Counted from the stretch's first letter, positions 49,100-61,354 are shown. The stretch: DNA of 64,000 nucleotides from Octopus sinensis (GCF_006345805.1 NC_043002.1:97836001-97900000), one strand, 5' to 3'. Notes: generated by a model from the sequence alone, not told the origin. Numbers and translations are program-made.

Positions 49100-51797
49100 A
49101 ACACACACATACACACACACACACATACACATATGTATATTATATATATACACATATGTATATATATATATATACACATACACATAAATATATAAACGTA
49201 TGTATGTGTGTGTGTGTATGTATGTATACACACACAGATAGATGGACGAATAGATAGAGGGATGAATAGATTGATAGATGAATTGATAGATGTGCGTGTA
49301 TGTTTGTGTGTGTATATAGTATGTGTGTATGTGTGAGGGAGAGAGAGAGAGAGAAGGTAAGAAAGAGAGGGAATACTGAAGATATATATTAAATGTCCAC
49401 GGCTATGCAAAAGTTTTAACTTTCTTTTTATAGTTAGTCGTCCATGTCAAGTACTCTTTATTTAGGGTCAATTACACCTCATCGAATGTTCCATTCACAT
49501 GAACAAATACGTGTACGTATGTGTGTGTTTTCTCTATATCTATGTGGATATCTTACTTACAGCATCAACTATTTCTCTCATCCCTCCCTTCCTCGCTCTT
49601 TGCCAGTAATTATCTACCAATTTTTCTTGCACTAAGTGTGTAGTCTATGTTATTGTGAGTAAAAACATAGAAAGAGAATTCTGGAAAAAAAAATTATGAT
49701 AGATAATATCCCCTTAGGGGTATTAATCATCGCACCGTGCTAAATGGAGCGATTCTGATTGGGCTTTAAACCAACTTCGGTTGATAACAACATATTTATG
49801 TATTTATTCCTGCCAAGAAACGTATATATATACAAGTCAAACATTCGTTGAGATGTTTTTGCAATTCGGTTTCAAATTTCAGTTGTAGAATATTTGTCTT
49901 TTCATTATTGTTTTGTTTTTTGGCTTGTTTTTAACCCTTAGTTAAGGTTAAAGGGCAGCATATATCACTCTTTTCAGGAAGAGAGGAACTTATTCTCAGA
50001 CCTAAGATACTGTTTGTGGTCATATTTCAGCATTTGCAGTAGAGAAGATGGATTAAGTCTAACGTACAGGAACAAGAACATTCCCTCCAACGTGGATTTT
50101 TTGTCCTTCAATTTTCACTCATAAACTTTTGTTCGACCTAAGATTGTAGCAGAAGACACTTTCCCGAGATACCACGCCAAATCATATAGATGCGAAGCGA
50201 ACTTTTTACCCACACCTGAATCACAGTATAAGTAGTTATATTGCATCTAAATTACATGCACTATGTAAAATTAGCTGATAATTTGAAGCCAGTGTATATA
50301 ATCCAAGAATCACTAAACTTCTTTTGTATTATACAGAACACCTATCTTCTTTAACGATTAGCTATAATTTTTCTTAAGCCATTTTACAGATAAGAGCACT
50401 GGACAGTCTGAGAGTCAGTGTTATTCAAGAATACAACCATTAACAATAAACGGATTCAAATTTTCGATAGTTCAGCTGATTATCTGACGCCCAATCAATT
50501 CAGTTAGCGGTGACTTAATTTACTGAAATCATTTAAAAAACTGAACTAAAGTAATTTGTAAACGTATTATTGGGTGAAAGATAATCCATCATCCAGTCTA
50601 ACATCACTGTATGGATCTTGAGTGATCTTATTGGAGTAGATTCTGTTGCAGGCACCCAAATCAGATTCTTGGTCTGGTGATAGTTTCCTTCTACCAGTAA
50701 CAAAGGCTATGAATAACATGTCTTGAGTGTTATATCTCTTGACATATTATGTAAGACTAACTTTGTAGGAAACGATAGACAATGTCATGTACTGGCTATT
50801 AATTAGACGTGATGTAACAGATATTATGCTGGTAGACTTGTGGTTGCTATATACTATTGTTGTTTCATTTCAATGAGAACAATAGGAAATAAAAATAGTG
50901 AAAGCTACAAGCTCAGTATGATATTGAAAGTAGAATCGGTAAGATAGAATTACAGTGAAGGCCTAAGAATAGACAGGAGATGTTTAAGGAAATCTGGAAT
51001 AGAAGAGAAGCAAAATTTGTAAAACAAAAACAAAAACAAAAAAAAACAGATAGAAATAAGAAATGATTGAGAAAAGATAAGAGAAAGTATATTAAATGGT
51101 AAACTCACGAAATGACACAGGAGATAAGATAAAACGAGTAAGAAATGATAGCTTAAGAAATGTAAATACAAATGAAGGAAAAGAATTGCTCGGACGATTT
51201 ATTGTAGCGAATGAAAATATATCTGACGTGAAATGAAGGTCTGATTGGTTACGAAACAATCAGAATGATAACAATGATAGAAAATAGAGTTGAGTAAATG
51301 ACAATGGAAACTAAAAGAGGGTGATTAGGAAGTACTTATTAAAAATATTTGGTAGTGAAATATATAAGGAAATACTTTTTGTTGTATGTTTATAGTTTTT
51401 TTTCTTGAATTTGCTTTTTGCATTATTATTTCCAAACTCTGAACGCAATGAAGTAGCGATATGTATGTATGTATGCATGTATGTATGTAAGTATGTATGT
51501 ATGTATGTATGTATGTATACGCACACACACATACCTCCCTGTTTCTGGCCTGCCTTTCTGACTTGCTAGGGTACCCCCACATCACTCCTTTAATTCTACT
51601 ACTGCCTGCTACTAGCCACTGTCCACCATACACACACATACACACACACGCACACACTCACACGCACACCCTTGTCATCTCGCACACCTTTTTTACCATT
51701 CCTTCTTTGATTCAGCTCTCCTGTTTTTAAAAACATGTTCCTCCTTTTTCACCACTTCCGTCTTTTCAGTATGTGACCTCGTGAAGAATACCTGCAA

Positions 51798-51971
51798 TTT
51801 TTTTTTCCTCTGTCCTCCCGTCTCGGGATCTTTCTTTCTCCTATGTTTCCGACGAAGAGCTCCGCTCGAAACGTCATACCCTCCTTCTTCCCTTCTTTCC
51901 TGAGCGTCCAATAATACTTTATTTGTTCCACATCCTCGCGTTGCTGTCTTTTTGTTTTCTTGTTTGGATTA

Positions 51972-51975
<4 letters not shown>
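51798..51975 (+). mobile_element. Short hammerhead-motif element (family HB)
   Basis: 51845-51879: GTTT-CCGACGA-A-GAGC-TCC-GCTC-GAAA-CGTC-ATAC; 3' end abuts (TA)n. Confidence 0.65.
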
Positions 51976-52003
<28 letters not shown>

Positions 52004-53626
52004 ACCAATATAAAACCAGAAATGAAGTATTCAATTGTCACTAATTTTGATTGACAGTGCAGGGCAGCACCTACATTGCTAAAATTAAGAAGTAAAAATC
52101 CCCTTAGCCGTAGAGAAGCATCTGTCTATGTACTGACAGGAGAACTAACCGGCCTACAGCGGGCGAGATCACTATGCTAGAATTCTAATTTCGCTTGAAA
52201 TTATAGCTCTTCATTGGTGACTACTCCTTCGTTGAATGTTTTGGCCAAATCTCGACTGTCAGCATATTATATCTACAAACATACCACTAACAAGGTGAAT
52301 GGAGTGAGTAATCCATTCTTCTAGTTAATATTTATATTAATTCTACGGATATTAATGGATTTTCAGATTTATCATCTGTGAAACGATCCATTTTCATTGG
52401 ATGATTGCATCTGATAGCCGATACCCGTGGACAGGTTTTATAATGCTAACTGCAAAGATAAGACCCAAATGGAATATACGTACGTACATACATACATACA
52501 TACATACATACATACATACATACATACATACATACATACATACTTACATGGTGGCTGCCCCCTCGTTATCGAGTATGGACATTGCACGAAGCTTAATCAA
52601 TATTGTTATCGTGCAATGCCTGTGCAAGAAGATTTTTTTTTTAAGTGAAGAAAGGCTGTGCACTGAGTCAATCCCACTCACTAAGCAACAGCAGCCATAA
52701 TCCGAAAAGAAGAACAAGTCAACATCATCGGTAACCACTTGAAGCTATGATTGAAGACACTTTCTTGAGTTAGCGTTCTGTTGCCTTAATCTTTAATATC
52801 TTTCAGACTAAGTAACGTAGTAAGAGAAAAATTTTGATAATATCTTCAGGCTGATTATGACCAACATTATTAACTCATGATGTTACAGGAGTTATAATAA
52901 CATTTCGTGAGTATGATTGCTGCATATAGCAGGTTTGTGTTATTGCATCTTACTTCTCAATACCATCACAACTCATTATTTTGTTCCATGTAATAAATAA
53001 GATTTGATCCAACACTCGCATTGAAATTACAGAGAAGCGGCAAACGATCAATTGATGATACATTTCAATTGATTTAGCTGCCTTTCTCTGTGCTTTCTGA
53101 TATTAGCGTTGGTGCGTACGCAAATACTTATTTCGCATATTTTATTCATTCAAGATTGATACATTATAACAGAGTACTTTAGCTGAAACCGTGGAATTGT
53201 TTTACAATATGCTGAATCCATGACTTATGGTGAACATAGCTAACTCCATACTGACGAGGTTTATCGCCCTCGAAACCTTAAGAAGGGAGAGAGAGAGAGA
53301 GAGAGTGAGAGAGAGACAGAGAGACAGAGAGACAGAGAGACAGAGAGAGAATTTGCCTTAAGAAATCCAAATTCATTAGAATACCCTATCTTTTTCCTTA
53401 TCTGTTTATACTTACACTATAGCATTTTACAAGTCTTGACATCCATTCATCCATCCATCCATCCACCCGTCCGTCCATCAATCCATCCATCCACCCATCC
53501 ATCCACCCGTCCGTCCGTCCCTCCATCCATCCGCTATTCCTGGGAAAGTCTTTGGGATAGAGCCTTCAGGTATCCCCACCACTATCCATACAATCCTATC
53601 AGAAACAGCCGTCATTAAACTTCTCA

Positions 53627-53853
53627 TTTCTTTACTACCCACAAGGGGCTAAACACAGAGAGGACAAACAAGGATAGACAAACGGATTAAGTTGATTATA
53701 TTGACCGCAGTGCGTAACTGGTACTTATTTAATCGAGCCCGAAAGGATGAAAGGCAAAGTCGACCTCGGCGGAATTTGAACTCAGAACGTAGCGGCAGAC
53801 GAAATACCGCTAAGCGTTTCGCTCGGCCTGCTAATGTTTCTGCCAGCTCACCA
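53627..53853 (-). mobile_element. SINE family M
   Basis: 15-bp TSD GTCATTAAACTTCTC at 53611-53625 and 53856-53870. Confidence 0.9.
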
Positions 53854-54375
53854 CTGTCATTAAACTTCTCTGCCGGATTCCCAAGCATGACCAGCTTAGA
53901 CTACGGATATAATCCAACAATCTGGCTCGTGGTCTCCTTGTAGGTCTTCTGACAGTTGGTTCGGCTTGCAGCCCTTTTTCAACACTATTCAAATCATACG
54001 CGCGTAGTGCTGTAGTTGTGACCTCTCAATGCGGTGGAGCAGCGGCTAGACCCAGAGAGACTCCCCAGATTTTGGCAGCCGTATTTTATATAAAAGACAC
54101 GTTTTTAGATTACTCCAACTAAGACAAACAGGACAGCTTATTTCTCCAACTAAATTTATCAATATTACTTTCTGTGCTTCTGACGTCAACGCATCTGCCA
54201 GAATCTTTTATTTATCAACGTTATTATTATTGAGATTTCGTTAACGGCTTCTTGCATGATAACAACGTCTGAATGCTGAAACATTCATAGCCAATAAACT
54301 TTAAACACATTTCACATGAATTTCTCAAGAACTTTTCTCTCTTTGTTTTGTTTTTGCTCCAGATGTTATCATTTT

Positions 54376-54795
54376 GACGTCTTCTTCTTCTTCTTCTTCT
54401 TCTTTTTCTTCTTCTTCTCCTCCTCCTCCTCCTCCTCCTCCTTCTTCTTCTTCTTCTTCTTCTTCTTCTTCTTCGTCGTCGTCGTCTTCTTCTTCTTCTT
54501 CTTCTTCTTCTTCACCATCATCATCGTCATCATCATCATCATCATCATCTTCTTCTTCTTCTTCTTCTTCTTCTTCTTCGTCGTCGTCGTCGTCGTCTTC
54601 TTCATCATCATTATCATCATCATCATCTTCTTCTTCTTCTTCTTCTTCTTCTTCTTCTTCTCCTTCTTTTTCATCATCATTCATCATCATCATCATCATC
54701 TTCTTCTTCTTCTCCTTCTTTTTCCTCATCATCATCGTCATCATCATCATCATCATTATCATCATCATCATCATCATCATTATTATTATTAATGC

Positions 54796-54847
<52 letters not shown>
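54376..54847. repeat. Mosaic trinucleotide array (TTC/TCC/GTC/ATC/ATT)
   Basis: About 470 bp of in-phase triplet blocks, ending in (ATT)n. Confidence 0.95.
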
Positions 54848-54848
<1 letters not shown>

Positions 54849-55058
54849 TGGACTTGTTGCTATGGTTGCTGTAGTAGTTTTTATTACGGTTGTCTCTGTT
54901 TCATATTCTGCATCCAGGCTCTTTGATAAGTAACATAAACATTCATAAAATTTATTAGTATTTTTCTTAGAAGGAACCCCGCCCCCACAACCAAACAACA
55001 AAAACAAATAAATAACTGAATAAAAGAGGAAAATAAAAAGAAGACTCAACTGTTTATA

Positions 55059-55292
55059 CAGTTCTATATTTAAGAGATGAGGAATTATGTACATTATTTA
55101 CATTATTTACATTCGACGGATGTTTGTCCTCATCTTGTTCGTTGTTAACACAACGTTTAGGCTGATATACCCTCCAGCCTTCATCAGGTGTCTTGGGAAA
55201 ATTTCGAACCTAGGTTCTCATTCCTAAAGTATTTTTGATACTGTTGTTGTTGTTGTTGTTCTTCTTCTCTTCTTCTTCTTCTTCTTCTTCTT

Positions 55293-55359
<67 letters not shown>

Positions 55360-55550
55360 TCACTGCCTGGAATCGAAGTCGGGATCTTGGGGTTAGTAGG
55401 CCGCGCTCTTAACCACTACGCCATATGCCCACGGAATGAGAACACAGGCTCGAAATTTCAAGACACCTGATGAAGACTGGAGGGTATATCAGCCGAACAA
55501 CAAACAAGATGAGGACAAATATCCGTCAATTGTAAATAATGTAAATAATG
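55059..55550 (-). mobile_element. tRNA-headed SINE with hammerhead-containing 3' tail plus inverted copy of the tail (family HA); 13-bp TSD
   Basis: tRNA head 55432->55356 (A box TGGCGTAGTGG, B-box-like CTTCGATTCC), internal (AAT)(AAG)(AAC)n, tail containing GACAC-CTGATGA-A-GGCTG..CAGCC-TAAA-CGTT-GTGTT; inverted tail copy at 55433-55550; TCAACTGTTTATA at 55046-55058 and 55551-55563. Confidence 0.75.
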
Positions 55551-55662
55551 TCAACTGTTTATATTTTGAATAATTTTTGAAGGGAATCCACCTGAGTTAC
55601 GTTATTAATGTGGAAAGAACGAAAAAAAAGAGAAAAAATTGCATTTGGAGAATAGGTAAGGG

Positions 55663-55836
55663 CATCTTTTATCAGTTATTTGTTCCAGTCATGAGACTGC
55701 GGCCATGCTGGGGCACTTACTTGAAGGATTTTTAGTCGCATGAATCGACCAAAGTACTTAATTTTTCAGGCCTGGCACTTATTCTATCGGAATGTTTTGC
55801 TGAAGAGGGGGACAAATACAGACCCCCTCCAACATA

Positions 55837-55921
<85 letters not shown>

Positions 55922-56087
55922 GCATACCACAGGCTTCTTTCAGTTTCCGTCCATCAAATCCACTCACAAAGATTTGGTCGGCTGGGGACTATAATAGAAG
56001 ACACTCACCTAAGGTGCCACGCAGTGGAACTGAACTCAGATCCGGGCGGTTACGACGGAAAATTTGACTCCACAGCCACGCCTGCGT
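55663..56087 (-). mobile_element. SINE family C, diverged, internal (ATCT)n
   Basis: Colinear with family C. Confidence 0.8.
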
Positions 56088-56525
56088 CTGGTGAGATTTT
56101 TTAAGGAAGACGTTTAAAGATAATAGAAGAGAACAGAAAGAGAAAGAGAGAGAGAAGGAGACAGAGAGGGAGATCGACAGACAGAGACAAAGTGAGAGAG
56201 AGAAAGAGGGAAAACAGATATACAGACAGACATACAGAGGAGTGAGACAATGGGAGGGAGACAGATAACAGACAGAGGGTGGTGAATGAGAGAAAGACAA
56301 ACGGAAGAGAGAGGTGTTGGAAGAGTTATATATGCGAGAATGTGGAAATTAAAGAAGGAAGGACGTTTAAACACACATACGTTGTAGTTCGGACATAAGC
56401 ATTGACACTGAACTGAAAAAGTGAGGGGGACATGTGAATAAAAAGTAAGGGTGGAGTAGATAGATAAGCAAATAGACAAACAGGCAAATAAACGACAAGA
56501 TTATATATATATATAAGACATATAT

Positions 56526-56572
<47 letters not shown>

Positions 56573-56616
56573 CATAATGATATATATACATATATACATA
56601 TATATATATATATATT

Positions 56617-56741
56617 GGCACAGTAATGGCTGTGTGCTAAGAAGCTTGCCTCCCAACCACAAGGTTTTGTGTTGGTTCAGTCCCATTGCGCGTTATATAT
56701 ATATATTATATATATATAATGTGTGTGTGTATGTGTGTGTG

Positions 56742-56772
<31 letters not shown>

Positions 56773-57008
56773 TTGTGTGTGTGATGTGTGTGTGTGAGTG
56801 TGTGTGTGTGTGTTTGTCCTCCCAAACCGCTTGTCGACCGGTGTTAGTGTGTTTACGAATTTAGCAGTTCGGTAAAAGCGACCGATAGAATAATAAGTAC
56901 TAGGCATTAAAAAGAAAAAGGTATTGGGGGTCGATTGGTTCGACTAAAATTCTTTAAGGTGGTGCCCCAGCATGGCCGCTCTCTAATGACTGAAGCAAGT
57001 AAAAGAAC
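56617..57008 (+). mobile_element. SINE family C
   Basis: Head, internal (TA)(TG)n and tail; lies tail-to-tail with the next copy. Confidence 0.8.
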
Positions 57009-57030
57009 ACAAGAATGAGTATATTTATAT

Positions 57031-57378
57031 ACTCTTTACTCTTTTACTTGTTTCAGTCATTTCACTCCGCCCATTCTGGAGCACCGCCTTCAGTCGAGCA
57101 AACCGACCCCTGGCCTTTTTCTTTGTAAGCCTCGTACTTATTCTATCGGTCTCTTTTGCTGAACCACTAAGTTACGGGGACGTAAACACACCAGCATCGG
57201 TTGTCAAGCGGTGTTGGGGGGACAAACACCCCCCACACCCACACACACATGCATATATATATATATATATACGACGGGCTTCTTTCGGTTTCCGTCTACG
57301 AAATCCACTCACAAGGCTTTGGTCTGCCCGAGGCTATAGTAGAAGACACTTGCCCAAGATGTTACGTTGTGGGACTGA
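57031..57378 (-). mobile_element. SINE family C, head truncated
   Basis: Colinear with family C. Confidence 0.85.
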
Positions 57379-57660
57379 CGTATAGTGGTTAGGGAGTTGC
57401 AGTCGCGATCATGAGAGCGTGGTTTCAATTCCTTAACCGGGTGGCGTGTTGTGTTCTTAAGCAAAACACTTAAATCTCACATTGCTCTGCGATCACTTCG
57501 ATACCTGACATGGTACACCGTGCACCTGTTCAGGCAACGGTGATTTGAGGGAGAGGATTGAGTTTCTACATTTGATCATACATTTGATCAAAATAAACAA
57601 ACCATTTGTGCAGTTTGTTCGGCAAAAACTGAAGACTCATACGTTGTCTTCGGCGACAGA
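57378..57660 (+). mobile_element. SINE family E
   Basis: Homologous to 7808-8097. Confidence 0.7.
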
Positions 57661-57719
57661 GTTCATTATATTGAATCCTTAATCCCTACACATTGCATCT
57701 CGATCGTTTTTTATTTTTC

Positions 57720-57880
57720 GATCTCTCCCCATTTTGTTCTCTCTCAGCCCTTTCTGTTGAAGAGAGTAGGCTCGAAACGTTAAAGATTTTTTCATTCTTC
57801 CTGAGCGCCAAACTACTAATACGCCTGCTTTTTGTTGCCTCACCTATCTTCGGCTTTTCTTTTCTGTAAATTCGAACTAG
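57720..57880 (+). mobile_element. Short hammerhead-motif element (family HC)
   Basis: 57750-57785: CTTT-CTGTTGA-A-GAGA-GTAG-GCTC-GAAA-CGTT-AAAG; followed by (CA)n. Confidence 0.65.
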
Positions 57881-57912
<32 letters not shown>

Positions 57913-58559
57913 ACACACAGACACACAGACACACACACATACATACATACATACATACACACACACACATACACACACATACACACACATAATCGAAAAA
58001 GAGAAAATGGAATTCATGAAATTTTTTATTAATCACAATGATCGTTTCGACCCATCTCACAATGGTCCCTCGCGGGTGTGCTTCTGGACAACTTGTTGTG
58101 GTATATCCTGCAGGGCAGACGTGTCTCGTCAGTTACAATGCATTTCGTTATTTGCCTGTAGTTGGTTGCATACAAGGTCTCATATTTTGGAATGACATGG
58201 ACTGAATACAGTTAATTTCTTTTATACGTAACGGTCCTACGTATTTTGTGTTTAATCTATAATTAAACACACAAAAAAGAAAAAGCTTATTTTGAATAGT
58301 GTACAATGAACTGGTACTATTCGTGCCTTGATAAATCTTTATCATAAAGTCATAAAAAAGATAGAACTATCTCATAGGAAACGAACGTATTAAGGATAAC
58401 GGCACACTTGAATGGTTAATCAGAATTTGGCAACACCATAATGGCATTTTAATGATACATACGAAAGCGCATTCGCCCCTCTCACCTCTGTCTTATAGAT
58501 ACCCAGCTGTGTGGATAAACATACACACATACACACACACACATTGATACAGGGGTAGA

Positions 58560-58689
58560 CAGATAGGTAGATAAATGGATAGATATATGGATAAATGGAT
58601 AGAGAGATAAATTGATAGAGAGACGGATAGATAGATAGACGGATAGATGGATAGATAGTTAGACAGGGAGATAAATAGATAGATAGATG

Positions 58690-58763
<74 letters not shown>

Positions 58764-58877
58764 CATATAATAGATAGATAGACAAATAGACAGACAGACA
58801 GGCAGATAGACAGCCAGATAGGTAGGTAGATAGGTAGATGATAGATAGATAAGTAGATAGATAGATAGATAAGAGAG

Positions 58878-58924
<47 letters not shown>

Positions 58925-59219
58925 AGACAGATTACTAGACAAATTCACAGACTGAAAACGATGCGGGAGAAGAGAAGGTAAAGAGAAATAGAGAGTAAAT
59001 GTAAATAACGAAGAGAAAGACGAAAGTGTGAAGAATAAAGGATATCTAAAGATATAATGAGGTACAAAGTGGAAAGTGAGTGAGTGTATGTGTGAGAGGG
59101 AGAGAGAGAGAGAGAGAGAGGGGGGAGAGAGAGAGGGAGAGAGAGAGAGAGAGGAAAGGAAAGCAAGAGAGGAGAAACTGGGGAAAAGAAGGAAGGAATT
59201 TAAAAGGACATATAAAGAT

Positions 59220-59259
<40 letters not shown>

Positions 59260-59280
59260 AGGAAGGAAGGAGAGAGATAC
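58560..59280. repeat. (GATA)n and (GA)n-rich purine tract
   Basis: Seen directly; explains the 300-aa spurious ORF 58493-59395. Confidence 0.9.
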
Positions 59281-60136
59281 AATGAGAAAGAGTGTAGAAA
59301 GATTTAAATAAACACAGGAACTTATAAAGAAAGCATAAAAAGTTGTTTAAAAATAATAAACGAAAATAACAAAAAGAATTATAAAAAAGTAACAATCAAA
59401 AACATTAAAAAATCAAACGCAGAAACAAAAAAAATAGTAAAGTTTGTTTTGATAAGTTGTCACGCCTATCAAGTGTTTATTCACTGTAACTCTATCCTTC
59501 TCTCAGCCAGTTTAAGGACTGGCAAGTACAGGTAAAGATTATATGCCTTGCTGAAGATGACTAATAAGGCTGAAACACATCCGGAGTTACCATTAATGTA
59601 CGGAGATCGAACCCCCCCTCCTGCTTAATGATATCTTAAATTCTAATGAATTTGCATTTCGAATTTCATTCTTCTGTTTCTTAAAATTTATTACTAATTT
59701 TTAAGGCATCGAGTTGGCCGAATCGTCTGCACCTTGGAAAAAAAAAATATTCAGCGATATTCCTTCCGGCCCTTGGTGATCTTAGTTCGAATTCCACCGT
59801 ATCAGACCTTGACTTCTATCCGTTAAAGATCGATGAAATAAGCATCAGTCGATTGTTATTGTTGATAACTTGTCCTTGCTATCATAACTGCTAGCCTTGT
59901 GTCAATATTAGAAAAATTATTAGAATTACGTTAAAATTATTCTTTTTCTCTATTTTTCTCCTCTCTACGAACATAATGTTCATTAAATAAGCACTTTTGG
60001 CTCACTGTTCTCTGCACTCTCAATCACCCAAAAGCAAAGAGCATAGGTCGCTTCAATGCAAAAATGTTGAGGAAAAGAAAGGGGAGGATTAATGTTACGA
60101 AACTCAATATATACAAGTATATTTCAGAAAGCGAAA

Positions 60137-60350
60137 AGACGGTGAGCTGGTTGAGTCGTTAGCACGCCTGGAAAAATGCTTAGTGATATTTCGTTCGCCT
60201 TTACGTTCTACGTTCAAATTCCGCCGAGGTCGACTTTGCCTTTCATTCTTATGAGTTGGATAAAATAAGTACCAGTTGAGCACTGGGGTTAATGTAATCG
60301 TCTAACCCTTCCCCAGATATATCGCTAGCTTTGTGCCAAAATTTGAAACC
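60137..60350 (+). mobile_element. SINE family M (short-tail subfamily)
   Basis: Head, B box GTTCAAATTCC and core; diverged flanking repeat ATATTTCAG..AGCGAA. Confidence 0.8.
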
Positions 60351-60930
60351 ATATTTCAGCTAGCGAATAAAAGATGATAATGAATTATTTGATAAAAAAT
60401 ATAAATGAAATAGGACAAGCTTTGTATCAACGCAACTGAAGAAGGAACTGATGCCAACAGAATACAGTAAATAAGATGACAATAAAATAAGAGTTTGGAA
60501 AATATTGACGATTAAAGTGTTAAACATAAAATAGTTAATGTACGTTTTTGGCGATTTTTAGTAGAATTTTAGCCCTGATTGAGTCGACTTACGATGAAAA
60601 ACATTTCTGGCATGTGCATTATTTCTCTTATTTCGGACATAGACTATCTAGGGCTACATTATCAAACGTGTTCTTCTATTCTAAGACATTAGGACAAGAT
60701 TTGATAGAGATTTATATATTCTGTTTGAAGCAGGTGAATCCATTGGTCGTAGTTGGGTCATATAGTTTTGTGCTTGTCATTCAATACTTTACGCCACTGA
60801 GGTGTGTGGCTGAGCTGTGGTATTCCTGTTAGAGGGTATTAGTCGACCATATCGATTCCACTAATAATTTCCATCTGGTATTTAATTAATCAATCTATAT
60901 CGTATCGACTGGATAAGCTTCTATTTTGAA

Positions 60931-61310
60931 ATCATCATCATCATTCTTCGACCGTGGTCGAGACAATGGAATTTACCATGCTACGCCAGACTTCATGGTC
61001 CATCATGGCATTACGGAGGTCCTGTTGCTGGATGCCTGTATCCCTGGAGATTACATCAGGGTAGGAGAGTGTGCGCCCTCTGGTATTGCGGGTAGATGGC
61101 TTCCAGAGGAGAAGAGTAGAGATTACCTCTTTTTCAGCTCTACAACAATGTCCAGCAAACTGGACTCTCCTGCCTTTCACAAGAGATGACACAGGTGGTA
61201 GTTTCCCATATATTTGCATTTTGGTTGGATGGCGTTTCCACGAGAGATTTTGAGCTCTCATAAGGAGGCGAGTGTAGGTTCCATCCAACCGCCTCTCAAG
61301 TTTTAGTTTA
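60931..61310 (-). mobile_element. 3' end of an RTE/RTE-X-type LINE with (TGA)n tail
   Basis: ERRLDGTYTRLLMRAQNLSWKRH..RRVQFAGHCCRA..LLWKP..RGR.LSYPDVISRDTG..AMMDHEVWR, stop, then a (TGA)n tail. Confidence 0.8.
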
Positions 61311-61354
61311 ACATATAAACTCATGCGCAGATTAAAAAAAAACAACTTCATACC

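Noticed and set aside
54000-54100. Possible Helitron 5' end (TCTTTTATATAAAA on the minus strand)
   Set aside because: No matching 3' hairpin or CTAG found.
54316-54874. Four overlapping ORFs resembling acidic or poly-Ser proteins
   Set aside because: All frames are open because of triplet repeats; no splice or coding context.
58493-59395. 300-aa ORF on the minus strand
   Set aside because: Runs through (GATA)n and (GA)n tracts; low complexity only.
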